Below are positions 37,184 through 45,956 of a DNA stretch of 64,000 nucleotides, piece by piece. The translations under genes and the position numbers were made by a program. The stretch is from Escherichia coli (lineage in GTDB: Bacteria > Pseudomonadota > Gammaproteobacteria > Enterobacterales > Enterobacteriaceae), in the NCBI RefSeq assembly GCF_017348835.2, contig NZ_CP071375.1; one strand, written 5' to 3'. Under the pieces are notes generated by a model. It was not told the DNA's origin. It saw nothing but the letters and a program-made list of their open reading frames with translations, and ran no database searches. Every line of letters begins with the position of its first letter. Within the stretch, counting starts at the first letter, position 1.

Positions 37184-38205
37184 TAGCTCGCCACCAATTT
37201 TTGATAGTCGGCGTCACTGAGTGAACAATGCCAGAACAGTTGGGCGTAATGCTGCATGTCACTTTTAAACTGGCGATTGATGGCGGGATCCAGCCAGGCG
37301 TGAAGTCTGCGTAATCCCAGAAGACGGTTGATTCCCGGCGGGGCATCCAGCCAGCCAAAGGGCAAGCCACTTAAAAATAAGATGCGTTGTTCCGCAACGG
37401 CTTTCACGCCCTGCCAGAGAGGATCACGACGAATAAAATCTGCAGTAACGGCCTCCTGAACCAGAATAATATCCGGCTGCCAGCGCAGGAGATTTTCCAT
37501 GGAAACCTGTGTCAGGCCGTGGCGATCGGCTATTTGCGCGACGTTGTGCAAACCTAATAATTCCGCCGCCTCGGTATGCAACGAACCCTGTAAGCCCGTT
37601 TCCAGCCCTTGAGGACCGCGCGCAGCATAAAAGCGGAGGTTAGCGGCGGGTGAGGTGGCGAATGCCTGAGCTTCACCAACGAAGCGGCTGGCGAGATTGG
37701 CTTGTTCTGCGGCGCGATGCTCTTCGCCTAACGTTTTGCCAAGCGTTGTTAACTGTTCTGCTGATTGCTCCAGTTTCCCGTTAAGCAATAACCAGGGTAT
37801 TTGTGTCTGTTCGCTAACCTGCCGTGCCTGGGAGATCCAGGTTTCATCCGTATTGCCGCAATCAACGACCAAATCGGGATGTAACGCCATAAGCCCTTCC
37901 AGCGAGAGTGTGCTGGCGCGCCCGGCGAGTCGTCCCAGCCTGGGTAACTGGCGAATGTGCTCTGACAATGGAATTAATGCCTGACGGGCAAAATCAAAAG
38001 AGGAAAAACCGACCATTTTTTCTGGCGCGACAGCCAGCAATAGCAAATCGGCGGGCGCACCTGCGCTGACGATGCGTGTAATGTTTTGGGCTTCGGGAAG
38101 CGTCAGTGAGGCCCAGAAATTGACTGATTGTGCAAAGGACGGCAGATGATGCAGGAACAATGTTGACGCAAGAATCTGTGTAAACCTCCGTCTGGTTAGT
38201 GACAT
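37183..38205 (-). CDS. periplasmic substrate-binding protein of a metal-chelate-type ABC importer (gene 1)
   Basis: 340-aa ORF; N-terminus MSLTRRRFTQILASTLFLHHLPSFAQS resembles a twin-arginine-type signal peptide. Confidence 0.7.
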   Translation of the reverse strand: MSLTRRRFTQILASTLFLHHLPSFAQSVNFWASLTLPEAQNITRIVSAGAPADLLLLAVAPEKMVGFSSFDFARQALIPLSEHIRQLPRLGRLAGRASTLSLEGLMALHPDLVVDCGNTDETWISQARQVSEQTQIPWLLLNGKLEQSAEQLTTLGKTLGEEHRAAEQANLASRFVGEAQAFATSPAANLRFYAARGPQGLETGLQGSLHTEAAELLGLHNVAQIADRHGLTQVSMENLLRWQPDIILVQEAVTADFIRRDPLWQGVKAVAEQRILFLSGLPFGWLDAPPGINRLLGLRRLHAWLDPAINRQFKSDMQHYAQLFWHCSLSDADYQKLVAS

Positions 38206-38480
38206 AAGTTATATCCTGATAATTAAAACCGCTATATATTTACATATATATATCGAAAAAAATCATGTTTGATGTCAAAATTTGTCTAAAGAGACAGAAT
38301 GATTTGCTTGTTGCTTAAATAACACTTTGTTCCACAAGAAAATTGTCAGGGAGAATGGCGGAGTGGCGAAAAATATAAATAGAGGTGTAATGATTAACAA
38401 ATTGATAAAATAAAATTAAAATCTTCTCTGATAAAAGAAAATAAAGGCATAGACCGTAGAATGGGGGGCATTTCGTGGCG

Positions 38481-38523
38481 AAAAAAGAGCAATGCCAATT
38501 TTATGCACATAATGGCATTGCTC
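38481..38523 (-). terminator. rho-independent terminator of treA
   Basis: Hairpin GAGCAATGCCA-(15 nt)-TGGCATTGCTC followed on the minus strand by TTTTTT. Confidence 0.65.
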
Positions 38524-38550
38524 GATATACAGCCTCGATATACAGCAAAG

Positions 38551-40248
38551 TTAAGGCGTAGGTTCCGCCTCTTTTTGTTTTACCGGCTGTGTTGTTGATT
38601 CACTGAGTGGACGCGTCGCCGGAACATTGTCACACGGTTGCTCTTTCGGGCAGATCAAATCCAGCATTTTCAGCGTCACGCCATTGGTCCAGCCAAAGCC
38701 ATCCTGTAATGGATATTCGCCACCGCCGCCCCCCGTTCCGGTGGTGCTGACATCATATTTTTCCACCAGCTTTTTCTCCCGGTCATAGGTGTGCTGAACA
38801 TTGGTCAGGAAGTGCCAGCTAATGTCCATCGCCACCTCTTTTTGCCCGTAGTTTTGTAATCCTTCTGTCGCGACCCACTGTAACGGTGCCCAGCCATTTG
38901 GCGCATCCCATTGTTGCCCACTTTTCACCGACGTGGTGTTCAGGCCGCCGGGTTGCAGCAGATGTGTTTTCGTCGCCGTCGCCATTTTGTTGGCGCGATC
39001 TTTCGCTGCCGCATTGACGTACAGCGGGAACAGGGCGGCAGCGGTTAACTGATTGCGCACTTTATGACTTTTCAGGTCGTAATCGGCATACCAGCCTTGT
39101 TGATCGTTCCACAGGTATTTTTCGATCCCTTTTTGACGGGCATTTGCCAGCGTTTCGTACTGGTTTGCCATCGCGTTATCTCCGGCAACTTTGCTGGCGC
39201 GGGCGAGAATTTTTTCCATTTTAAACATCAGGCTGTTCAGATCGACCGGTACGATGCTGGTGGTGCGTATGGTATTTAACTGCTGCGGATTGTCCATCCA
39301 GCGCGAGCTGAAATCCCAGCCAGACGCAGCGGCAGAGCGCAAGTCGCGGTAAATTTCAGTGGCAGGTCGATTCGGATTGCTTTTGGCGGTGGCAATATCT
39401 TCCACCCATGACTCTGGTCGTGGCGTATCGCGATCGTCCCAGTAGCGGTTGAGAAGGGTACCATCCTGAAGTTTTACAACGCGTTTTTCCTGTTGTCCGG
39501 CTTGCAGGTTTTCAACACCGTCCATCCAGTAAGCATATTCTTTTTGCATTTGCGGCAGGTATTGCTTCAATGCAGCATCGCCTTCATGCTGCGCCAGTAA
39601 CTCTACCATCATGGCAAAGAAGGGCGGCTGCGAGCGGCTTAAATAGTAACTGCGGTTGCCGTTGGGAATATGACCGTAAGTGTCTATTTCATGAGCAAAA
39701 TTGGCCACCATATCCGCGACCTTATCCCAGTGACCGCTTTCGGCAAGTCCTAACATGGTGAAGTAACTGTCCCAGTAATATACCTCGCGAAAACGTCCGC
39801 CTGGCACGACATAAGGTTCCGGCAGCGGTAACAGAGAATCCCATTTTTCGGTGTTTTCGGTAGAACGCGTTAATACCGGCCAAAGTCCGTCAATATGTTC
39901 GCGCAGTGACTGTCCCTCTGGCGGAACATATTTCTCTCCCTCTTTCGGCAGGGTGAAATTGACGTTAACGAAATGGCGCAGATCAAATCCGCTCTGGTTT
40001 TGCTGCATCCGATAATCAGCAAGGATCATCAGCGGATCGCTGTTCGGCACGGCATCGGCAAAGGTTTTTTGGTCCGGAAAAAGCTTGGCGTTTTGCACAT
40101 CATTAAACAGCGGCCCTAATAAAATATCAGGCGGCTGTGGCGTTACCGGTGTTTCTTCTGCCTGCACCGATAGCGCAGCGAAACACAAAAAGATGCAGGC
40201 TGGAATTAACGCCATTTTTTGCGGGCGAGAAGGTGCGGGGGATTTCAT
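38551..40248 (-). CDS. treA: periplasmic trehalase
   Basis: ORF trimmed to [17 protein letters not shown]..., giving 565 aa. Confidence 0.95.
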   Translation of the reverse strand: MKSPAPSRPQKMALIPACIFLCFAALSVQAEETPVTPQPPDILLGPLFNDVQNAKLFPDQKTFADAVPNSDPLMILADYRMQQNQSGFDLRHFVNVNFTLPKEGEKYVPPEGQSLREHIDGLWPVLTRSTENTEKWDSLLPLPEPYVVPGGRFREVYYWDSYFTMLGLAESGHWDKVADMVANFAHEIDTYGHIPNGNRSYYLSRSQPPFFAMMVELLAQHEGDAALKQYLPQMQKEYAYWMDGVENLQAGQQEKRVVKLQDGTLLNRYWDDRDTPRPESWVEDIATAKSNPNRPATEIYRDLRSAAASGWDFSSRWMDNPQQLNTIRTTSIVPVDLNSLMFKMEKILARASKVAGDNAMANQYETLANARQKGIEKYLWNDQQGWYADYDLKSHKVRNQLTAAALFPLYVNAAAKDRANKMATATKTHLLQPGGLNTTSVKSGQQWDAPNGWAPLQWVATEGLQNYGQKEVAMDISWHFLTNVQHTYDREKKLVEKYDVSTTGTGGGGGEYPLQDGFGWTNGVTLKMLDLICPKEQPCDNVPATRPLSESTTQPVKQKEAEPTP

Positions 40249-40567
40249 CAATCATTCTCCTTAGGCGAAACCGAATAAAACGGTATTCAAGTATCAGAAA
40301 ACCTTAGTTCAGGATCGCACTAGCTGCATGATCGAAATCTCATTCTGCGAACTGTCAGGCATTTTAGAAAAGGGAATTAAAGGGATAAATAACGGCGAAA
40401 TAGAGTGATCAAATAACGTCTGTTTATTAGCCAGCCAGCGGCGTTTGGTTCGCGATTAGCGAAGAAAAATCATCATAAATTGGTGAAAAATATAACAGGT
40501 AGTTAAAAAACATTAGTGCTGAGTAAATTGCCGGATGACATCAGAACGATGCCATCCGAACGGTGGC

Positions 40568-41986
40568 TTAACCCTGACGGTTGAAACGTTGCGTTTTAAC
40601 GTCCAGCGTTAGCTTTTCTTCTGGTTGTATCGCATACAGTTTCTCACCCTGCTGGCAAATCCAGCCAATCCCCAGTTCACGGGCGATCAGGGCGCTGTGG
40701 GATACCGGACTTCCGGCGCTAAGGCAGATACCTTTTACAACCGCCGGATCCAGTTGCAGTACTGTGGAAGGATAAATGTTCTCCGCCAGTAGAATAGTTG
40801 GCGAGTTAAACTGCGGGAGTTCTTCTTTCGTTTGGGTCAGGTGGACCAGGGCGCGATGCAGAAGATCGTCCACATCAATATAGCGAGCTTGTAGATATTC
40901 ATCATCCAGTTGCTGGTATTGCTGGCTAAGTTCTTTAAGAACTTGCTGCCAGGCATATTCTGCCGTGCAATGTTCGTGCTGAAGGAGTTCGCTTGCCGCC
41001 GCCAGCAGTTCCGGATCATCTAACAGTGTATGGTGACCAGAAAAGATTGCGGCAATATCGTCAAGCCCGCTGGCTTCTGCTTTCGCTGTTAACGTCATCA
41101 GATCTAATAACGTGAAGTCAATGGCCTGGCGTAATCGTTCTTGTTCTTCTTCCACGGTCAGGGTTGATTTGGCCTGTACCGTACATAAAACCGGTTGATA
41201 ATAAAAGGCTTTACCCGAAACAGGCGGAACGGGACGCAGAGTAGGTGGAGCAACTTCCTCCGTTTCACCAAAGTTATCTTCAGCCAGCTGACGGAAAGCG
41301 ATCAGTGCCTCTTCAGCTTCTGGCCCTTTCGCAATCAGGCGCAGCGTATCGTTATAGCGAACTTGTAATAACGCAATCTGGTTAATACTCTCCGGTGTGA
41401 CGCATTTGCCGTTTTTCTCCAACAACATATCGGCATTAAATGTCGATAAGGTATAAACCAGCCGGGAGGCTGGACGTACATGCAGGCCGTTACGGTTCTT
41501 TATGACCACCGCCAGAGAACGGGCTTCTTCATCGTACGGAGGACATGTGTCAGAGATTTCAGTGTCGGAGGACGGTAAACCCAGTTGTTCACGTTTGGCT
41601 TCCAGCGCATGCATGGCGTCAAAGATAACTTTGTCGATATCCGCCCCCGAGGCCGCGCTGACCGTTGCTGCCAGTGTACCTTCGACCAACGGCGCAGCAC
41701 ACAAACGTACTTTTGCGGCGATCTCGGGAGCCAGCAATTCCAGCGCAGTTTCAGCACTCAATAATGCGCTACCCATATCCATCATGACCAGCACATGGTC
41801 GGCATCAGCAACAGATTCGATGGCCTCCATCACTTTGACGGCATCGGTACCAATGGGATTTTGTGGATCGTCAATTCCCGCGGCAATGGCGATTTTACAA
41901 CTATCACTCATTAACATCTGACGGGCTAATTCACCGACACCTTCTCCCAGTCGGCTGCTATGTGAAACTATGACCAGGTTTACCAT
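40568..41986 (-). CDS. dhaM: dihydroxyacetone kinase phosphotransferase subunit DhaM
   Basis: ORF trimmed to MVNLVIVSHSSRLGEG..., giving 472 aa. Confidence 0.9.
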   Translation of the reverse strand: MVNLVIVSHSSRLGEGVGELARQMLMSDSCKIAIAAGIDDPQNPIGTDAVKVMEAIESVADADHVLVMMDMGSALLSAETALELLAPEIAAKVRLCAAPLVEGTLAATVSAASGADIDKVIFDAMHALEAKREQLGLPSSDTEISDTCPPYDEEARSLAVVIKNRNGLHVRPASRLVYTLSTFNADMLLEKNGKCVTPESINQIALLQVRYNDTLRLIAKGPEAEEALIAFRQLAEDNFGETEEVAPPTLRPVPPVSGKAFYYQPVLCTVQAKSTLTVEEEQERLRQAIDFTLLDLMTLTAKAEASGLDDIAAIFSGHHTLLDDPELLAAASELLQHEHCTAEYAWQQVLKELSQQYQQLDDEYLQARYIDVDDLLHRALVHLTQTKEELPQFNSPTILLAENIYPSTVLQLDPAVVKGICLSAGSPVSHSALIARELGIGWICQQGEKLYAIQPEEKLTLDVKTQRFNRQG

Positions 41987-41996
41987 CACCAATTCC

Positions 41997-42629
41997 TTAC
42001 TCTTTTGCGGCTAACGCCAACATTTGCATCATAAACATCACCGAGGTCGCGCCGGGATCCTGGTGACCAATACTGCGTTCACCGAGATAACTGGCGCGGC
42101 CTTTGCGGGCTTGCATCGTAATCGTACTTTGTGCAGCGGATTCGGCGATGCTACTGGCAGCTTCGAGCGCCGCCGGAACAGAGAGATTTTGCTCGCTGGA
42201 CTGACGTAACGATTCCACCACCGGCACCCACACATCACACATGGTTTTATCGCCAGGTTCGGCTTTCCCGCGACTGATTACGCCGTCCGCACCATCGCGG
42301 AACATCTGATAAAGCTCTTCCAGCGTCAGGCTTTGCCGTGCCTGGGTCGCCTGTGCTGCGCGGATAAAGAAGGTGCCGAACAGCGGACCACTGGCACCAC
42401 CGACGCTGGAAAGCAGCGTCATACCGGTATTCTTGAGAATGAAACCGATATCTTTATCTGCGATAGCAGGGAGTTTTTCCACCACTTTGCTAAAGCCTCG
42501 GTTCATATTTAGCCCGTGGTCAGCGTCGCCAATTTCGCGATCCAGTCCGGTAAGATACTCGCTCTCGGTGCTGAAAATATCGCCACAACGAGTGAGCCAG
42601 TTAACAATTTGAGTTCTGCTCAGTGACAT
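41997..42629 (-). CDS. dhaL: dihydroxyacetone kinase ADP-binding subunit DhaL
   Basis: ORF trimmed to MSLSRTQIVNWL..., giving 210 aa. Confidence 0.9.
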   Translation of the reverse strand: MSLSRTQIVNWLTRCGDIFSTESEYLTGLDREIGDADHGLNMNRGFSKVVEKLPAIADKDIGFILKNTGMTLLSSVGGASGPLFGTFFIRAAQATQARQSLTLEELYQMFRDGADGVISRGKAEPGDKTMCDVWVPVVESLRQSSEQNLSVPAALEAASSIAESAAQSTITMQARKGRASYLGERSIGHQDPGATSVMFMMQMLALAAKE

Positions 42630-42639
42630 TGCTTTCTCC

Positions 42640-43710
42640 TTATTTACCCCAGTTAAGGGCCGGGGTGTGGACCGGGGCGTCCCAGAGTGCCAGCGTTTCG
42701 TCATCAACTTTCAGTAAGGTGATTGAGAAACCGGTCATATCCAGTGAGGTGCAGTACGCGCCAATTAAATTACGCTCGATAGTCAATCCCGCTTGCTGGC
42801 AACGTGTGGTCAGGCGGTTATAGACGCCGTACAGCTCAGAAAGTGGAGTTGCGCCAAGATTGTTAACCAGCGCAATCACCCTATCGCCAGACTGGAGCGG
42901 TTGTTTGGTTTGTGGTTCTTCCTGCCAGTTGCCTTGTTGATAATCCCAGAAACGCAAAGTGCGATGGTATGAGCCATTTTCCAGCAGGGTGTCGAACATT
43001 TCATCGACGGTTTGATCAAGGGAAGAGAAGGGGCGGCGGTCAATACCTGGCTCACCATGAATGCCGACGCCAAACTCCATCTCATTGTCCGCCAGGGTAA
43101 AAGAAGGTTTGCCCGCGGCAGGAACGGTACAGGCACCGAGAGCGATACCTATTGAGTGGCCTTGATTATTCAACTTACGCCCCAGTTCCGCACAGGCGTC
43201 CAGTGAGTCGCCACGCTCCGCCGCTGCGCCTACGAGTTTTTCAATTAATACGGTGTTGGCAACGCCGCGTCGCCCGGCGGTATAAAGACTGTCTTTTACT
43301 GCAACGTCGTCATCAATGACCACAGTGGTCACTTTTACGCCGCTATCGTGCAGTAACTCGGTTGCTGTTTCGAAGTTAAGAATATCGCCGGTGTAATTTT
43401 TGATAATCAACAGTACACCTTCGCCGCCATCAACTTGCATGGCGCATTCAAAGATTTTATCGGGCGTCGGTGAGGTGAAAATTTCGCCCGGACAGGCCCC
43501 CGAAAGCATCCCCTGACCGATATAACCACAGTGCATCGGCTCGTGTCCGCTGCCGCCACCCGACAGCAGGGCGACTTTTCCTGTAACGGGGGCATCAGCT
43601 CGGGTGACATACACCGGATCCTGATGCAGTGTCAGCGATGGATGTGCTTTCGCCAGTCCTGCCAGTTGTTCGTCCAGTACGTCTTGCACATCATTGATCA
43701 ATTTTTTCAT
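42640..43710 (-). CDS. dhaK: dihydroxyacetone kinase subunit DhaK
   Basis: ORF trimmed to MKKLINDVQDVLDEQ..., giving 356 aa. Confidence 0.9.
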   Translation of the reverse strand: MKKLINDVQDVLDEQLAGLAKAHPSLTLHQDPVYVTRADAPVTGKVALLSGGGSGHEPMHCGYIGQGMLSGACPGEIFTSPTPDKIFECAMQVDGGEGVLLIIKNYTGDILNFETATELLHDSGVKVTTVVIDDDVAVKDSLYTAGRRGVANTVLIEKLVGAAAERGDSLDACAELGRKLNNQGHSIGIALGACTVPAAGKPSFTLADNEMEFGVGIHGEPGIDRRPFSSLDQTVDEMFDTLLENGSYHRTLRFWDYQQGNWQEEPQTKQPLQSGDRVIALVNNLGATPLSELYGVYNRLTTRCQQAGLTIERNLIGAYCTSLDMTGFSITLLKVDDETLALWDAPVHTPALNWGK

Positions 43711-43937
43711 TATTTTGCTCCAGCAATTACGGTAGGGCATGGATGATGTTCAACGACACGGCGACCACTGACTGCCGATGAATCCATTGTGCATCAGGCA
43801 AGGGAAAAGAAAATTAGCCCAAATTATGTTTCATAGTGAAACATATGCTTTAATGAATGTTCCATATTGAAACTTATACGTGTATTAATACTTAAAATTG
43901 CGAGCCGGAACACCTTTTGTCATAAGGGATGCGGGAT

Positions 43938-45857
43938 ATGAGTGGCGCTTTTAACAACGATGGTCGGGGCATATCTCCCTTAATTGCAACCTCCTGGGAG
44001 AGATGCAATAAACTGATGAAACGGGAGACATGGAACGTACCACATCAGGCCCAGGGCGTGACATTTGCTTCTATTTATCGGCGTAAGAAAGCGATGCTGA
44101 CGCTCGGGCAGGCTGCGCTGGAAGATGCCTGGGAATATATGGCACCGCGAGAGTGTGCGCTGTTTATTCTCGATGAAACCGCCTGCATTCTCAGCCGTAA
44201 TGGCGATCCGCAAACCTTGCAGCAGCTAAGTGCACTGGGATTCCATGACGGCACGTATTGCGCCGAGGGAATTATTGGTACTTGTGCGCTATCGTTAGCG
44301 GCTATCTCTGGTCAGGCCGTGAAAACGATGGCCGATCAACATTTCAAACAGGCACTCTGGAACTGGGCCTTTTGTGCAACGCCGTTGTTTGACAGCAAGG
44401 GCCGATTGACGGGAACAATAGCGCTGGCGTGTCCGGTTGAGCAAACTACCGCAGCTGATTTGCCGTTGACGTTGGCAATCGCCCGCGAGGTCGGTAATTT
44501 ACTGCTGACGGACAGTTTGCTCGCTGAAACTAACCGTCATTTAAATCAACTTAATGCCCTGTTAGAAAGTATGGATGATGGCGTGATTAGCTGGGACGAG
44601 CAGGGTAATTTGCAATTTATTAATGCCCAGGCGGCGCGGGTCTTGCGCCTTGACGCGACGGCAAGTCAGGGACGGGCAATCACTGAACTCTTAACGTTAC
44701 CCGCCGTATTGCAACAAGCAATAAAACAGGCACATCCGCTCAAACACGTAGAAGCAACCTTTGAAAGTCAGCACCAGTTTATTGATGCGGTGATAACCCT
44801 TAAACCGATAATAGAAACGCAGGGAACCAGCTTTATTTTGTTGCTCCATCCTGTGGAACAGATGCGGCAGTTAATGACCAGTCAATTAGGAAAAGTCAGC
44901 CATACCTTCGCTCATATGCCACAGGACGATCCGCAAACCCGCCGCTTGATTCATTTTGGTCGCCAGGCGGCGCGCAGTAGCTTTCCTGTCCTGCTTTGTG
45001 GAGAAGAGGGCGTGGGCAAGGCACTGCTAAGTCAGGCAATTCATAATGAAAGCGAGCGTGCTGCAGGTCCTTATATCGCCGTCAATTGTGAGTTATATGG
45101 TGATGCGGCACTGGCGGAAGAATTTATTGGTGGCGATCGCACGGACAATGAAAATGGCCGTCTGAGTCGGCTGGAACTGGCGCACGGCGGCACGCTGTTT
45201 CTTGAAAAGATTGAATATCTGGCGGTGGAGTTACAGTCTGCTTTGCTTCAGGTTATCAAGCAGGGTGTTATCACGCGACTGGATGCGCGGCGTTTAATAC
45301 CAATTGATGTCAAAGTGATTGCTACAACGACCGCGGACCTCGCAATGCTGGTGGAACAAAATCGTTTTAGTCGCCAGCTGTATTACGCGCTGCATGCATT
45401 TGAAATTACCATCCCGCCTCTGCGTATGCGGCGTGGCAGCATTCCGGCTCTGGTGAATAACAAATTACGCAGTCTTGAAAAACGCTTCTCTACGCGGCTG
45501 AAAATTGATGACGATGCCCTCGCTCGCCTGGTTTCCTGTGCATGGCCTGGCAACGATTTTGAACTTTACAGCGTCATCGAGAATCTTGCTCTGAGTAGTG
45601 ATAATGGGCGCATTCGCGTCAGTGATTTGCCGGAACATCTGTTTACCGAGCAGGCAACAGATGATGTCAGCGCCACACGCCTTTCCACCAGTCTGTCATT
45701 TGCGGAAGTTGAAAAAGAGGCAATTATTAACGCAGCCCAGGTCACAGGCGGTCGCATTCAGGAAATGTCGGCTTTACTTGGAATCGGCCGCACTACACTG
45801 TGGCGGAAAATGAAGCAACATGGCATTGATGCAGGGCAGTTTAAGCGCCGGGTATGA
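43938..45857 (+). CDS. dhaR: sigma-70-dependent transcriptional activator of the dha operon (AAA+/PAS/Fis-HTH)
   Basis: ORF trimmed to MSGAFNNDGRG..., giving 639 aa. Confidence 0.9.
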   Translation: MSGAFNNDGRGISPLIATSWERCNKLMKRETWNVPHQAQGVTFASIYRRKKAMLTLGQAALEDAWEYMAPRECALFILDETACILSRNGDPQTLQQLSALGFHDGTYCAEGIIGTCALSLAAISGQAVKTMADQHFKQALWNWAFCATPLFDSKGRLTGTIALACPVEQTTAADLPLTLAIAREVGNLLLTDSLLAETNRHLNQLNALLESMDDGVISWDEQGNLQFINAQAARVLRLDATASQGRAITELLTLPAVLQQAIKQAHPLKHVEATFESQHQFIDAVITLKPIIETQGTSFILLLHPVEQMRQLMTSQLGKVSHTFAHMPQDDPQTRRLIHFGRQAARSSFPVLLCGEEGVGKALLSQAIHNESERAAGPYIAVNCELYGDAALAEEFIGGDRTDNENGRLSRLELAHGGTLFLEKIEYLAVELQSALLQVIKQGVITRLDARRLIPIDVKVIATTTADLAMLVEQNRFSRQLYYALHAFEITIPPLRMRRGSIPALVNNKLRSLEKRFSTRLKIDDDALARLVSCAWPGNDFELYSVIENLALSSDNGRIRVSDLPEHLFTEQATDDVSATRLSTSLSFAEVEKEAIINAAQVTGGRIQEMSALLGIGRTTLWRKMKQHGIDAGQFKRRV

Positions 45858-45956
45858 AAGACAGAAACGATTTCTGATACATCAGAGTGATCTATATTTC
45901 ATTCCGGCGCACGCTAACATTTTTCAGCATCGTTTAAGGGCTTGTCTATCCCGCAC

